From the NCBI GenBank assembly GCA_016868875.1, contig VGFN01000001.1:3150-67149 (forward strand): a stretch of DNA of 64,000 bases, written 5' to 3'. Source of the DNA: Bacteroidota bacterium (GTDB taxonomy: Bacteria > Bacteroidota > Bacteroidia > UBA7662). Position 1 is the first letter of the stretch. Each line of letters begins with the position of its first letter. Below, piece after piece: positions 39,592 to 51,513 of this stretch. Position numbers and translations under genes: made by a program. The notes beneath the pieces were generated by a model that saw only the letters and a list, made by a program, of their open reading frames with translations, did not search any database and was not told the DNA's origin.

Positions 39592-41010
39592 TTGAATTCC
39601 AGCCAAAAGCCTTTTTCGATCGCATTGACATATTCTGACCATCCATCCTTGCTAGCCTTGTCCCCATTGGACGGCAGGTACCAAACCACTGGTCAAATCC
39701 TGAGTCCCTATTTTTCTGAATGGGGGTTGTTTCGGTACAGGATACGGGTAGAATGGCTTTATTTCGAGGCCTTGTGCGATGCCCAATTGCCCGGCGGGCC
39801 TCGTTTGGATCACGCAATTCTCCAAAAACTCCGTCAACGCTTTCTCCAAGTGGAACCTCAGGACGTGCAAGCCATCAAAACCTTGGAGGCCACGACGCTC
39901 CACGATATCAAGGCCATGGAGTATTGGATGAAAAGCATCATGGACCAAGAAGGTGCGGGACATTTCAAAGAATGGATACACTTTGCCCTCACCTCCCAGG
40001 ACATCAACCACACGGCCATTCCCCTATCACTTCATGAGGCACTCCAAGATGTAATCCTTCCAAACTGGAGGACCTGCATCCAAGAATTGGAACAATTGGC
40101 CCAATCCTGGATGGGAATTCCCATGCTTGCCCGTACCCATGGACAAGCCGCATCCCCCACCCGGCTCGGTAAAGAATTCATGGTTTGGGTGGAGCGCCTC
40201 CAAAGGCAATACTCCATGTTGGAACAATGCCCCATTGGGGCAAAATTTGGAGGAGCCACCGGAAACTTCAATGCACATCATCTAGTTTGGCCCCAAGTCA
40301 ATTGGCATCAATTCGCTAACCATTTCGTGGAAAAGACCTTGGGACTAACCCGTTACCGCTACACCACCCAAATTGAACATTACGATTATTTGGCTGCCCT
40401 CTGCCACAATTTGATGAGAATGAATACCATCCTATTGGACGCGTGCAGGGATCTGTGGCAGTATATCTCTATGGGGTATTTTAAGCAACAAATTCTTGCA
40501 GGCCAGGTTGGCAGTTCCGCCATGCCCCACAAGATAAACCCCATTGATTTCGAAAATGCGGAAGGCAACATAGGAATGGCCAATGCCGTCCTCGCCCATC
40601 TCGCTGACAAATTACCCGTATCCCGACTGCAGCGGGATTTAAGCGATAGCACCGTTCTCAGAAATTTAGGAGTCCCCTTGGGGCATGGATTGCTTGCCCT
40701 GCAGTCTTTTCAGAAAGGCCTTTCCAAAATTCAGGTGGACCAATCCCGCATTCAAGAAGATTTGGACCAGCATTGGTCGGTGCTAGCCGAGGGTATACAA
40801 ACCGTGTTACGACAACGCGGCATCGAGACACCCTACGAAAAACTCAAGGAGCTTACCCGTACTGGGGCTTCCTTGGATCCGTCTATTCTTCGTCAGTGGA
40901 TTTTGGACCTCCAATTGGACCCAGAAACTTCGAATCTTTTGCTGCAATTGCGACCCGATACGTACACAGGCCTTTTACCTGACCATGACGGCCAAGCCTT
41001 CCCCTCTTGA
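39592..41010 (+). CDS. purB: adenylosuccinate lyase
   Basis: LSPLDGRYQ near the N-terminus and the fumarate-lyase signature region ...SSAMPHKINPIDFEN.... The track ORF starts with a TTG; the true start is possibly a few codons downstream. Confidence 0.9.
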   Translation: MNSSQKPFSIALTYSDHPSLLALSPLDGRYQTTGQILSPYFSEWGLFRYRIRVEWLYFEALCDAQLPGGPRLDHAILQKLRQRFLQVEPQDVQAIKTLEATTLHDIKAMEYWMKSIMDQEGAGHFKEWIHFALTSQDINHTAIPLSLHEALQDVILPNWRTCIQELEQLAQSWMGIPMLARTHGQAASPTRLGKEFMVWVERLQRQYSMLEQCPIGAKFGGATGNFNAHHLVWPQVNWHQFANHFVEKTLGLTRYRYTTQIEHYDYLAALCHNLMRMNTILLDACRDLWQYISMGYFKQQILAGQVGSSAMPHKINPIDFENAEGNIGMANAVLAHLADKLPVSRLQRDLSDSTVLRNLGVPLGHGLLALQSFQKGLSKIQVDQSRIQEDLDQHWSVLAEGIQTVLRQRGIETPYEKLKELTRTGASLDPSILRQWILDLQLDPETSNLLLQLRPDTYTGLLPDHDGQAFPS

Positions 41011-41962
41011 ACCCTGCGGAGGAATCCGATTTAATCCCTTTGATAGTCAATATGTATTCGACGGAACCCGTTGTTTGATCTCCGGACAGCCCATCGATCC
41101 TGCCACCGAATTACGCCCACTTTTCCCCGATCGTTGGGTCGAAGAACTTGGCCTTGCCCATCATTTTCTTACCCTCCCCACCGGACAAAAGATCGCCTAC
41201 CCTAATCTACGTATTCCCGTTCACCAAGATTGTTGGAACGGGGGCATGGACGATGTCGCTCGCAAATGTGCCAACCTCATTTTGGTGGGTACCGATACCT
41301 TGGGGTGGACCAATACCGAGCGGATTTACCAATGGTTATGTTGGTTGTTTATGGGTGTCCTCTACGCCGAAATGCAGGCCGTGAAAAACCAAGATCAAAT
41401 TCACCCGGCCTGGCAGAATCCCTCTTTTCTAAGCCGTTACCGAATGATCCATTTGAGTTTACAAGGTGCCGTTTACCCTGTGGAGTATCTGGGTTATGAT
41501 CCAGGTTCGGTTTTCATTTTGCAAATGAAATCCAATCCCTGTCCCTTTGATTTCAAAACAAGTTCCAATACCCAAAGCGTTTCGTTGCAGGTGGGGGGTT
41601 CAGCCATCCTTGCCTCCTTGGGGGATAATGGTGCCCATGTGGCCTTCTTTGAGGATGAGTTCCTCCCGCTTCGCAAAATACTCCTTGAGCCAGTGCAGGT
41701 TGATGAACTTTTTGCGAGAATGTGCTACCGTAACCATTTGTTAAATCCTGTTTTTGAATACGGCATATCCTTTGCAGACCAAGATGATCCAAGAACCTTG
41801 GTTCAAATGAAAATTCCCCCGCAACACGCCAATGAAGAGGCCTTTCAGCCGTGGTCCGATGCCGAATATGTTCAGGTCCTGGACTTGTACCTACGAAGGC
41901 ATGGACATAGCCCTTTGCAAAGCTGGCAAGAAAGCGGAAAAATTCTGACCTTTATCGAGTAG
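40985..41962 (+). CDS. hypothetical protein, no recognisable domain
   Basis: 325-aa ORF filling the whole gap between purB and ribE. Codon usage is like its neighbours, it overlaps purB by 26 bp and convergent ribE by 11 bp, and I cannot assign any motif. Confidence 0.5.
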   Translation: MTAKPSPLEPCGGIRFNPFDSQYVFDGTRCLISGQPIDPATELRPLFPDRWVEELGLAHHFLTLPTGQKIAYPNLRIPVHQDCWNGGMDDVARKCANLILVGTDTLGWTNTERIYQWLCWLFMGVLYAEMQAVKNQDQIHPAWQNPSFLSRYRMIHLSLQGAVYPVEYLGYDPGSVFILQMKSNPCPFDFKTSSNTQSVSLQVGGSAILASLGDNGAHVAFFEDEFLPLRKILLEPVQVDELFARMCYRNHLLNPVFEYGISFADQDDPRTLVQMKIPPQHANEEAFQPWSDAEYVQVLDLYLRRHGHSPLQSWQESGKILTFIE

Positions 41963-42566
41963 CAGGAACCATGTTCATCAAGCTTTGTTGCCTCAGGAAA
42001 TATTTCCCTAACAAATCAAATTCCAAATTCACACGCTGACCGGCTTGCAATTGACCCAGCGTGGTGTGCTGGAACGTATAAGGAATAACGGCAACCGTAA
42101 AGAAGTCCGCGCCCAGATTCACCAAGGTCAAAGAAACCCCGTTCACGGTAATGGAACCCTTGGGGACCAACAAGCCCGCATGCCGGGTTGGGTACTGAAA
42201 AGTGAAAAGCCAACTTCCACCCTCGTCTTGAATGCTCGTACAAAGTCCTGTATCGTCCACATGGCCTTGCACCCAATGACCGTCCAAACGATCCCCCATA
42301 CGCAAACAACGCTCCAAATTCACGGCATCGCCAACCTTCAAATCGCCCAATGCTGTCCGTTTCATGGTTTCTTTCACCGCTACCACACGATGCTGTCCTG
42401 ACCCGCAATGAATTACCGTCAAACAAACTCCGTTGTGAGCAAGGCTTTGATCCACTTTGAGCTCATCGCTCAAGGACGATTTCAAGTCCAAAACCACGTT
42501 GGTCCCCTCCTCCACCATGGACACCAACAAACCCATGGATTCAACTATACCCGTAAACACCTGCAA
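41952..42566 (-). CDS. ribE: riboflavin synthase alpha subunit
   Basis: MFTGIVE...G-type N-terminus, two lumazine-binding repeats, 204 aa. Confidence 0.9.
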   Translation of the reverse strand: MQVFTGIVESMGLLVSMVEEGTNVVLDLKSSLSDELKVDQSLAHNGVCLTVIHCGSGQHRVVAVKETMKRTALGDLKVGDAVNLERCLRMGDRLDGHWVQGHVDDTGLCTSIQDEGGSWLFTFQYPTRHAGLLVPKGSITVNGVSLTLVNLGADFFTVAVIPYTFQHTTLGQLQAGQRVNLEFDLLGKYFLRQQSLMNMVPATR

Positions 42567-43355
42567 TCAATCGGAAGTTGCAACGGCAGAAGTTCCCCCT
42601 CCGCTCAATTGGGCAGCAAGGTAGGAACGGTTCAAACGAGCAATATTCTCCACACTAATCCCTTTGGGACATTCCGCTTCGCAAGCTCCTGTATTGGTGC
42701 AATGCCCGAATCCCTCCATGTCCATCGCTTCGACCATGGACAAAACCCGTTCCCTGTGTTCAGGCTGTCCTTGCGGTAACAAAGCATACTGCGAAACCTT
42801 GGCCGAAACAAATAACATTGCCGAAGCATTTTTGCAGGCAGCAACGCAAGCTCCGCAGCCGATGCAGGCCGCTGACATAAAGGCCTCGTCTGCATCGGTT
42901 TTGGGGATGGGAACGGCATTTCCGTCAGGAGCATTTCCAGTATTGACCGTCACATAACCACCTGCTTGTTGTATTCGGTCAAAAGCGGATCGGTTAACCG
43001 CAAGGTCTTTGAGCACCGGGAAGGCCGCTGCCCTAAAAGGCTCCACGGTGATGGTTTCACCGTCTTGAAAATGCCTCATATGCAATTGACAGGTCGTCGT
43101 GCCACGCTGCGGACCATGAGCCCTACCGTTGATATACAAGCTGCACATGCCGCAGATGCCTTCACGGCAATCGTGATCAAAGGCCACCGGCTCCTTGCCC
43201 TCACGAATCAATTGTTCGTTAAGCAAATCCATCATTTCCAGAAAGGAGGCATGAACCGGAACTGCTGCAAGTTCATACATTTCAAATGCGCCTTTGGCCT
43301 GGGACGAAGCTTGACGCCAAACACGGAGTTTTAAGCGAAGACTTTGGTTTTCCAT
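42567..43355 (-). CDS. sdhB: succinate dehydrogenase/fumarate reductase iron-sulfur subunit
   Basis: 2Fe-2S CxxxxCxxC...C, 4Fe-4S and 3Fe-4S Cys clusters ([11 protein letters not shown] ... [14 protein letters not shown]). Confidence 0.95.
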   Translation of the reverse strand: MENQSLRLKLRVWRQASSQAKGAFEMYELAAVPVHASFLEMMDLLNEQLIREGKEPVAFDHDCREGICGMCSLYINGRAHGPQRGTTTCQLHMRHFQDGETITVEPFRAAAFPVLKDLAVNRSAFDRIQQAGGYVTVNTGNAPDGNAVPIPKTDADEAFMSAACIGCGACVAACKNASAMLFVSAKVSQYALLPQGQPEHRERVLSMVEAMDMEGFGHCTNTGACEAECPKGISVENIARLNRSYLAAQLSGGGTSAVATSD

Positions 43356-43426
43356 CGTTGTTTCTTTAAATCGAACAGAGAGAGATCGTTACCTGTTAAA
43401 AAATCTTAGTGAGGTCGCCGAAAGGG

Positions 43427-45370
43427 TTATTTGTACGAGCGTTGCGTCAGGTGAACCTCTTCGAAATTCAAGGCCTCACGGTGCATCACGGGATCCTTAT
43501 CGGGGCCATGGTATTCCCAAGCCGATACAAAAGCAAATTCCTCATCATCGCGCAGGGCCTCTCCTTCAGGAGTCTGGTGTTCCACCCTGAAATGACCCCC
43601 GCAAGATTCTTCCCGAGTCAAGGCATCCCAAACCATGAGACGTCCTAACTCAATAAAGTCTGCCACCCTATGGGCTTTGTCAAGCTCAGGATTGTACGAA
43701 TTCAAGGAACCGGGGACAAGCACATCGGACCAAAATTCTTGGTGCAAGGATTCCAGCAACCCCAAGGCATGCCGTAAACCTTCTGCGGACCTGGCCATCC
43801 CGCAGTATTCCCACATGATTTTGCCAAGGGCACGATGAAAGGATTCTGCCGAACGCTTTCCTTGGATCGCCAACAAGCGATTCTGAAAGTCCAATGCCCT
43901 CTGCTCTGCTTCCACAAAGGAAGGGTGATCTACCGAAGGCACCGCATGACGAATTTCGCTGGAGAGATATGCCCCAATGGTATAAGGTAACACAAAGTAA
44001 CCATCAGCCAATCCCTGCATCAACGCCGAGGCACCCAGACGGTTCGCCCCATGGTCCGAAAAATTAGCTTCCCCTATCGCATACAATCCCGGAATCGTCG
44101 TCATGAGTTCGTAATCAACCCATAACCCCCCCATGGTGTAATGCACCGCAGGATAAATTTTCATGGGCGTTTCGTACGGATTATCCCCGGTAATCTTCTC
44201 GTACATCTCAAAAAGGTTCCCGTAGCGGGCCGAAATCGTCGAACGCCCAAGGCGCCGTATGGCATCTTCAAAATCCAAAAAGACAGCCAATCCGGTGGGG
44301 GCAACCCCATGACCGGCATCGCATAACTCTTTGGCTGCCCTGGAGGCGACATCTCTGGGCACCAGATTCCCGTAGGCGGGGTATTTCCGCTCCAGGAAAT
44401 AATCCCTACGATCCTCTCCCAAATCAGAGGCTTTAAGCCTGCCTTCCCGGATCGCTTGGGCGTCTTCCACGCGGGATGGTACCCAGACCCTGCCATCGTT
44501 TCGCAAGGACTCGGACATCAGGGTCAGCTTGGATTGGTACTCTCCGGCCTGAGGCAAACATGTTGGGTGAATTTGCGTAAAGCAAGGGTTTCCAAACAAG
44601 GCCCCGAGTCGGTGAGCTTTCCACGCCGCGGTAACATTGGAACCCATAGCATTGGTGGACAGATAAAACACATTTCCGTATCCACCCGAGGCCAGTACCA
44701 CGGCATGCGCGGAATGCCTTTCCAATTCACCGGTCACCAGGTTTTTGGCAATGATCCCTCTTGCTTTCCCGTCCACCATGACCAACTCGACCATTTCATG
44801 GCGAGTGAAGGACTGTACTTGTTTCTTGGAGATTTGGCGGTTCAAGGCGGAATAAGCTCCCAAAAGCAATTGTTGGCCTGTTTGACCCCTGGCATAGAAT
44901 GTGCGGGAAACCTGGGTTCCACCGAAAGAACGGTTATCCAACATTCCGCCGTAATCTCTTGCAAAGGGTACCCCCTGGGCCACACATTGATCGATAATGG
45001 AGGCCGAGACCTCCGCTAGACGGTGTACGTTGGCTTCCCTGGCACGATAATCTCCGCCTTTGATGGTGTCGTAGAACAAACGGTACACCGAATCTCCATC
45101 GTTCTGGTAGTTCTTGGCCGCATTAATTCCACCCTGGGCTGCAATACTGTGTGCCCGACGAGGCGAATCTTGAAAACAAAATGTTTTGACTTTATACCCT
45201 AGCTCCGCAAGGGAGGCTGCAGCGGACGCGCCTGCAAGGCCGGTGCCCACCACAATCACTTCCAATTTGCGTTTGTTGGCCGGAGAAACCAAAGGAACCG
45301 TGGAGCGATAATGCTTCCAACGCTCAGCCAATGGCCCTGAAGGTATTTTGGAATCCAATTTCATATCCAA
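43427..45370 (-). CDS. sdhA: succinate dehydrogenase/fumarate reductase flavoprotein subunit
   Basis: 647 aa. FAD-binding [12 protein letters not shown] and the covalent-FAD His region [15 protein letters not shown]. Confidence 0.95.
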   Translation of the reverse strand: MDMKLDSKIPSGPLAERWKHYRSTVPLVSPANKRKLEVIVVGTGLAGASAAASLAELGYKVKTFCFQDSPRRAHSIAAQGGINAAKNYQNDGDSVYRLFYDTIKGGDYRAREANVHRLAEVSASIIDQCVAQGVPFARDYGGMLDNRSFGGTQVSRTFYARGQTGQQLLLGAYSALNRQISKKQVQSFTRHEMVELVMVDGKARGIIAKNLVTGELERHSAHAVVLASGGYGNVFYLSTNAMGSNVTAAWKAHRLGALFGNPCFTQIHPTCLPQAGEYQSKLTLMSESLRNDGRVWVPSRVEDAQAIREGRLKASDLGEDRRDYFLERKYPAYGNLVPRDVASRAAKELCDAGHGVAPTGLAVFLDFEDAIRRLGRSTISARYGNLFEMYEKITGDNPYETPMKIYPAVHYTMGGLWVDYELMTTIPGLYAIGEANFSDHGANRLGASALMQGLADGYFVLPYTIGAYLSSEIRHAVPSVDHPSFVEAEQRALDFQNRLLAIQGKRSAESFHRALGKIMWEYCGMARSAEGLRHALGLLESLHQEFWSDVLVPGSLNSYNPELDKAHRVADFIELGRLMVWDALTREESCGGHFRVEHQTPEGEALRDDEEFAFVSAWEYHGPDKDPVMHREALNFEEVHLTQRSYK

Positions 45371-45435
45371 ATTGATAAGGTTAACAACAAATAAATTGTT
45401 TGATTTCTAATTTTGAATGAGCCGGGTACAGAAGA

Positions 45436-46158
45436 TTAATACCCCAAGCTTTGAAGGTGCATCACAGCGGGTATCAAGGCAAACAACATAGGGACCAAGA
45501 TCGCAAACACTGTTCCAACCGTTCGAATGAGCGGCTTATATCGATAATTGCTCAGTCCCAAGGTGTGAAAGGCGCTTTGAAATCCATGATGCAAATGAAA
45601 TCCCAAAAAGACCATGCTCAGGATGTAAAATCCCGCATACCAAGCCTGGGCATACGCCGCTCTCACTACTTGGTAGGCATTGTGCAGCGGTTCAGGAGCA
45701 CCTGCATAGGTAATGCTGGGCACAGCGCCAAACTTAAGCTCATACCAAAATCCTTTAAGATGCACAATCAAAAAAAGCAAAATGACCGTACCCAAGATTC
45801 CCATGTTCCTCGAACTCCACGTCGCAGTTTGCAAGGCGGGCTTTCCTTCATAGCCCTGTGGTCTGGCTGCATGGGCTTGGCGACTTAACCAGAGGCTGTA
45901 GAGCACATGCAGAATGATAAAGGCAAAATTGAGTTTGGACACCGTTTGGATAAGCAAACTATGGCTCATGAAATGGGAATACTCGTTAAAGCGACGGCCC
46001 CCATCCCCTGCAAGCAATTGCAAATTCCCGATCAGGTGCACCACCAAGAAGAGGATAAGGAAGAGCCCCGTAAGGGCCATCATGGTTTTTCGACCATGCG
46101 ATGAAAGGAGAAAACGACGAATTGGATTCATTCTAAGGGTTTGAAAATCGCTTCGCAA
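45436..46158 (-). CDS. sdhC: succinate dehydrogenase cytochrome b subunit (b558 family, Bacteroidetes type)
   Basis: Five-TM membrane protein immediately upstream of sdhA-sdhB on the same strand. The likely start is MNPIRRF (46131). Confidence 0.8.
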   Translation of the reverse strand: MRSDFQTLRMNPIRRFLLSSHGRKTMMALTGLFLILFLVVHLIGNLQLLAGDGGRRFNEYSHFMSHSLLIQTVSKLNFAFIILHVLYSLWLSRQAHAARPQGYEGKPALQTATWSSRNMGILGTVILLFLIVHLKGFWYELKFGAVPSITYAGAPEPLHNAYQVVRAAYAQAWYAGFYILSMVFLGFHLHHGFQSAFHTLGLSNYRYKPLIRTVGTVFAILVPMLFALIPAVMHLQSLGY

Positions 46159-46208
46159 ATTTAAGCCTAAACCGAGATTGACCTTTGATCAACAAGCTCA
46201 ATAAACAA

Positions 46209-46237
46209 AAATCCCGACCCTAGGGGGGTCGGGATTT
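46209..46237 (-). terminator. rho-independent terminator downstream of groEL
   Basis: A perfect 12-bp inverted repeat, AAATCCCGACCC / GGGTCGGGATTT, with a 5-nt loop. On the groEL (minus) strand it is followed by TTTTGTTTAT. Confidence 0.7.
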
Positions 46238-46250
46238 GCTTGAAATAGGA

Positions 46251-47900
<1,650 letters not shown>

Positions 47901-47968
47901 TTAATTTGATGAATAATGAATAGGAATGAGTTAAGGAAATAATCTACAAGTCTTGAATTAGCCCTGAA

Positions 47969-48247
47969 TTAACCTAGGATGGCCATGATATCAGACTCTC
48001 TCATAATGAGGTAATCCTTGCCGTCAATTTGAACTTCTGTTCCCGAATATTTCCCGTACAGAATCGTTTGACCGGACTTTACTGTCATAGGTTCGTCTTT
48101 CTTCCCTTGCCCTACAGCGACAACCGTGCCGCGCTGTGGTTTTTCCTTGGCAGTGTCGGGGATGATGATGCCGCCAGCTGTTTTTTCTTCGGCGGGGGTA
48201 GGTTCCACAAGAACCCGGTCGGCAATTGGGGTGATTTTGCTTGACAT
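47969..48247 (-). CDS. groS: co-chaperonin GroES
   Basis: 92 aa with the mobile loop [12 protein letters not shown]. Confidence 0.95.
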   Translation of the reverse strand: MSSKITPIADRVLVEPTPAEEKTAGGIIIPDTAKEKPQRGTVVAVGQGKKDEPMTVKSGQTILYGKYSGTEVQIDGKDYLIMRESDIMAILG

Positions 48248-48302
48248 AAGATAAAATTTGATGGTTTAGGTTTGATTAAACATTTACAAAGCCCATGCCA
48301 AG

Positions 48303-48354
48303 CCTCTTATCTAGCCTTGGACATGACAAAATCGCCATTCATTATGTCAAAACA
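48303..48354 (-). promoter_or_regulatory. three direct repeats ATG(A/T)CAAAA at exact 21-bp spacing, 56-107 bp upstream of the groES start
   Basis: Copies at 48303, 48324 and 48345 on the plus strand. On the groES strand they read TTTTG(T/A)CAT; the middle copy contains TTGACA. Confidence 0.4.
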
Positions 48355-48476
48355 AGCAATTGCTATGACAAAAATGCTGATTCGAGCGGAGCGAAACCCA
48401 AGTTGAAAGGCTCAAAACACCAAAACACCTCCCTCAATTCCAAAAGGGGTCCCAAACCCTGATCAAAATCTTCAGC

Positions 48477-48902
48477 CTACTGCGCCGGGGCAGGTTTGGT
48501 TCCTTGGTTGTTTGGAGCCGGTGTGGGTTTAGCCCCCTGATTGTTTGGAGCTGGGGCGTTTCCCTGACTGGAGGGTGTCGGTGCTGCATTACCCCCCGCA
48601 GGGGCCGGTGGGTTGGTCGCTGGGGTTTCCAATACTTTTTCTTCGAGGCGGGTAGCCGCGCCTTCCTCGGTGGTCTCTGCACGAGGAATCCACAAGTTCA
48701 CCAACAAAGCCAGGGTCAGTAAGGAAAGGCTAAGAATCCAAGTTCCCTTTTCCACCACGTCCGATGTCCTTTTGACCCCCATCACTTGGTTAATCGATGA
48801 GGAACCTTGGGCCAATCCGCCCCCTTTAGGCTTCTGAACCAAAACCAAAAGAATCAACAAAAGGCTGACCAATACGATTAGGAGGGTAATAAAAGTGTAC
48901 AT
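48477..48902 (-). CDS. secG: preprotein translocase subunit SecG with an extended low-complexity Pro/Ala/Asn-rich C-terminal tail
   Basis: N-terminal two-TM SecG core MYTFITLLIVLVSLLLILLVLVQKPKGGG...SS. The tail contains the tandem units APNNQGAKPTP and APNNQGTKPAP. Confidence 0.75.
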   Translation of the reverse strand: MYTFITLLIVLVSLLLILLVLVQKPKGGGLAQGSSSINQVMGVKRTSDVVEKGTWILSLSLLTLALLVNLWIPRAETTEEGAATRLEEKVLETPATNPPAPAGGNAAPTPSSQGNAPAPNNQGAKPTPAPNNQGTKPAPAQ

Positions 48903-48995
48903 AGGGTTAAATCAAGGGCTAAAAGGGTTGGTTACCTGAAATGGCAGGGCGCAAAGGTAAGTTCAAAACAGGTTTAGAGACCATTTTTGGGCCAA

Positions 48996-49751
48996 TCACC
49001 TGGGTGCCTTGGAGTCAATTTGCTCAATACAATCTCTGAAATAGCCTAATTTGCTAGGGAATCGAAGCATGAGTCGACGGTAAACTCGAACAGCCATGGC
49101 CCTTTGCCCCTGCTCCAAATAAAGCACTGCCAAGGATTCGGAGACTGGGACCTCCTCCAAATCCAAACTTTTGGCAGCCATATCGCGAATACGATCCAAT
49201 TCGCTGCGTGATTCTTCGAACGCCTTGATTGGAGGGATGGGCTTATGGAGGACTGCCGTTTGATCCTCACTCCAATTGGGCAATTCTGCAGAGGCTTCCA
49301 AGTAATCCGTCTGGGTATATTCCGCATAGAGCAAATCCAGTTCATCCGATTCCATGGCTTTCCAATCCACCCGACCCAGCAACGTAAACCAATCCAGTCG
49401 CGTTTGCTGCACAATTTCTTGCTCCTCTGAGGTCAACCCTCCGCTGAGCTCCTTGGAGACTTCGGGCGATGTTTCCAAGCTTGAAAGATGGAACTCTGCC
49501 TCGACGTCATGCTTGGTTTGCTGCCGTTCAATGGCCCTGTATAACCACTGACCTTGATCCGTCATGGCGGAATAAGAGACCAAAGCCTTGGAAAACTTGG
49601 AGGAATGGTTGATTTTCATGCGCTGCAAAGACAAAATTTGGCCGGCCTCAAAAGCTGGAGCTTCCCTAAGCAGATGTTCCAGATCCTGCCCATCGACACC
49701 CTCCAGCAACAAGGGGTTACGAATCCATTCACGAAGCAACCGTAAATCCAT
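48996..49751 (-). CDS. hypothetical protein (acidic, possibly helical-repeat C-terminus)
   Basis: 251-aa ORF between LptE-like and secG. No motif assigned; its position suggests it is operon-linked. Confidence 0.45.
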   Translation of the reverse strand: MDLRLLREWIRNPLLLEGVDGQDLEHLLREAPAFEAGQILSLQRMKINHSSKFSKALVSYSAMTDQGQWLYRAIERQQTKHDVEAEFHLSSLETSPEVSKELSGGLTSEEQEIVQQTRLDWFTLLGRVDWKAMESDELDLLYAEYTQTDYLEASAELPNWSEDQTAVLHKPIPPIKAFEESRSELDRIRDMAAKSLDLEEVPVSESLAVLYLEQGQRAMAVRVYRRLMLRFPSKLGYFRDCIEQIDSKAPR

Positions 49752-49754
49752 GGT

Positions 49755-50297
49755 TCACCACTGAATAAAAGCTTTATTGAAAGCATCGTCCACCAATTGC
49801 TTCACAATTTGATTCACCAATTCTCCCTCCACGCTTTGAAGGGGCAAGCCTGCATCAAAATCCGCATACCGGGTAAATCGCTGTTCCCATCCTTGTTTTT
49901 CTTGGCCTTTGACTTGAAACTTTAAACGCCAAACAACCGTCAAACGGTTTAGGCTTGTTTTCTCTTGTCCTGATACCGCGGCGGCAGTAACCGAATAATC
50001 CTGAATTTCCCCGGTAAATTCCCAATCGGTAGAACCGAACGGCCCCAATTTGAGGTTGGATTCTGCCAAGCATTTATCCCTAAAAGCATCGGACAGTTGC
50101 TGACTAAGGGAGGGATTTACCAAAGAGGCGTTGTTGCGCATTTGCGCAATGTGCAGGGTTTTGACCTCTGGAGGAACCGAAGCACCGCTGAAGGAGTAAA
50201 CCCCGCAACCGCTAAGGATTCTTAACATCAAAAAGATGACCGTCAGGGATCCTAACCCCAAGAAACGCTCTCTAACCTTATTCCTCCTCCAATCCAT
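49755..50297 (-). CDS. lptE: LptE-like lipoprotein (LPS-assembly)
   Basis: 180 aa; a hydrophobic signal segment precedes LSGCGVYSF, giving a lipobox Cys. Its start overlaps the upstream sigma-54 activator gene by 20 bp, an arrangement I recall as conserved in Bacteroidota. Confidence 0.5.
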   Translation of the reverse strand: MDWRRNKVRERFLGLGSLTVIFLMLRILSGCGVYSFSGASVPPEVKTLHIAQMRNNASLVNPSLSQQLSDAFRDKCLAESNLKLGPFGSTDWEFTGEIQDYSVTAAAVSGQEKTSLNRLTVVWRLKFQVKGQEKQGWEQRFTRYADFDAGLPLQSVEGELVNQIVKQLVDDAFNKAFIQW

Positions 50298-51486
50298 ATT
50301 CTTTGATTTTTCGATACAAGGTTCGCTCCGAGATCCCTAATTCGGCCGCAGCTTGCCTCCTCTTGCCGGCATACTTCCGTATCGCTTTGTCAATCAGTCG
50401 CTTCTCCACTTCCATCAAGGATAAATTCTCCTCGATATCCACCACCTCGGCATGTTCGTCATAGCGTGATGTCGACGGTGAAACGCTCATGGACTCTATA
50501 ATGGGGGTAATCACCGTCCCAATCGACTTATCGCTATCGCGAACAGGGGCATCGCCCTCCATAATCTGCCCCATGACCCGCTTCATTTCCACCATGTCCT
50601 TCTTGAGATCAAACAAAACCTTATATAACAAATCTCTTTCAGACCAATCTTCGGAGGACCCGCTAACTCCTTCCAACAAGGCGGGCAAAGAGCTCACCGA
50701 AATTTCACGGACGGGCATATATGGAAGAATTTCATCACCACGGAGCATACGTGTTGGAGCCAATACGCAGATTTGCTCAGCAACGTTCTTTAGTTGCCGA
50801 ATATTTCCAGGCCAGGGTTGGTCCACCAACAAATCCAAGGCCCCTTGATCCAATTGCACCGGTTGGGAATGGTAACGTTCCGAAAAATCAGCGGCAAACT
50901 TTCTGAACAGCAGCGGTATATCTTCTTTCCGCTCTCTCAATGCAGGTATCTGTATCGCTACGGTGTTCATTCGATAATACAGATCTTCCCTGAACTTACC
51001 TTTTTCAATTTGCTTAAGCAGAGAAAGGTTCGTGGCGGCGACCAAACGTACATCGGTGGATAGAACCTTGGAGGAACCAACTTTAATAAATTCACCCGAT
51101 TCAAGGACCCGTAACAATCTGGCTTGGGTACCCAGCGGCATTTCGGCGACTTCATCCAGAAAAATTGTCCCCCCATTAACCGTTTCGAAATAACCTTGCC
51201 GGGACTCGTGGGCACCCGTGAAGGAACCCTTTTCGTGACCAAACAATTCAGAATCAATGGTCCCCTCCGGTATGGCACCACAATTCACCGCAATAAACTT
51301 GTTGTGCTTACGCTGCGATAGCTGATGCAATATTTTGGAAAACACCTCTTTACCTACCCCGGATTCACCCAAAATCAAAACAGAAACGTCCGTCGCTGCC
51401 ACTTGATCCGCGATACGCAGTGCGTGATTAAGCGATGGAGCATTCCCAATAATGCCAAATCGTTGTTTGAGGGCTTGTAATTCCAT
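50278..51486 (-). CDS. sigma-54-dependent transcriptional activator lacking an N-terminal sensory/receiver domain (AAA+ sigma-54 interaction domain + Fis-type HTH)
   Basis: Starts directly with the AAA+ module: Walker A ILGESGVGKEV, GAFTGA-like GSFTGA and ESELFGHEKG. C-terminal HTH AAELGISERTLYRKIKEYGL. Confidence 0.9.
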   Translation of the reverse strand: MELQALKQRFGIIGNAPSLNHALRIADQVAATDVSVLILGESGVGKEVFSKILHQLSQRKHNKFIAVNCGAIPEGTIDSELFGHEKGSFTGAHESRQGYFETVNGGTIFLDEVAEMPLGTQARLLRVLESGEFIKVGSSKVLSTDVRLVAATNLSLLKQIEKGKFREDLYYRMNTVAIQIPALRERKEDIPLLFRKFAADFSERYHSQPVQLDQGALDLLVDQPWPGNIRQLKNVAEQICVLAPTRMLRGDEILPYMPVREISVSSLPALLEGVSGSSEDWSERDLLYKVLFDLKKDMVEMKRVMGQIMEGDAPVRDSDKSIGTVITPIIESMSVSPSTSRYDEHAEVVDIEENLSLMEVEKRLIDKAIRKYAGKRRQAAAELGISERTLYRKIKEYGLEEE

Positions 51487-51513
51487 GCGGTTATCCGAAT
51501 CGATTGAATGCGT

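Noticed and set aside
48248-48476. Looked for a CIRCE/HrcA operator upstream of groES
   Set aside because: There is no TTAGCACTC-N9-GAGTGCTAA-like inverted repeat in the region; only the phased direct repeats reported above.
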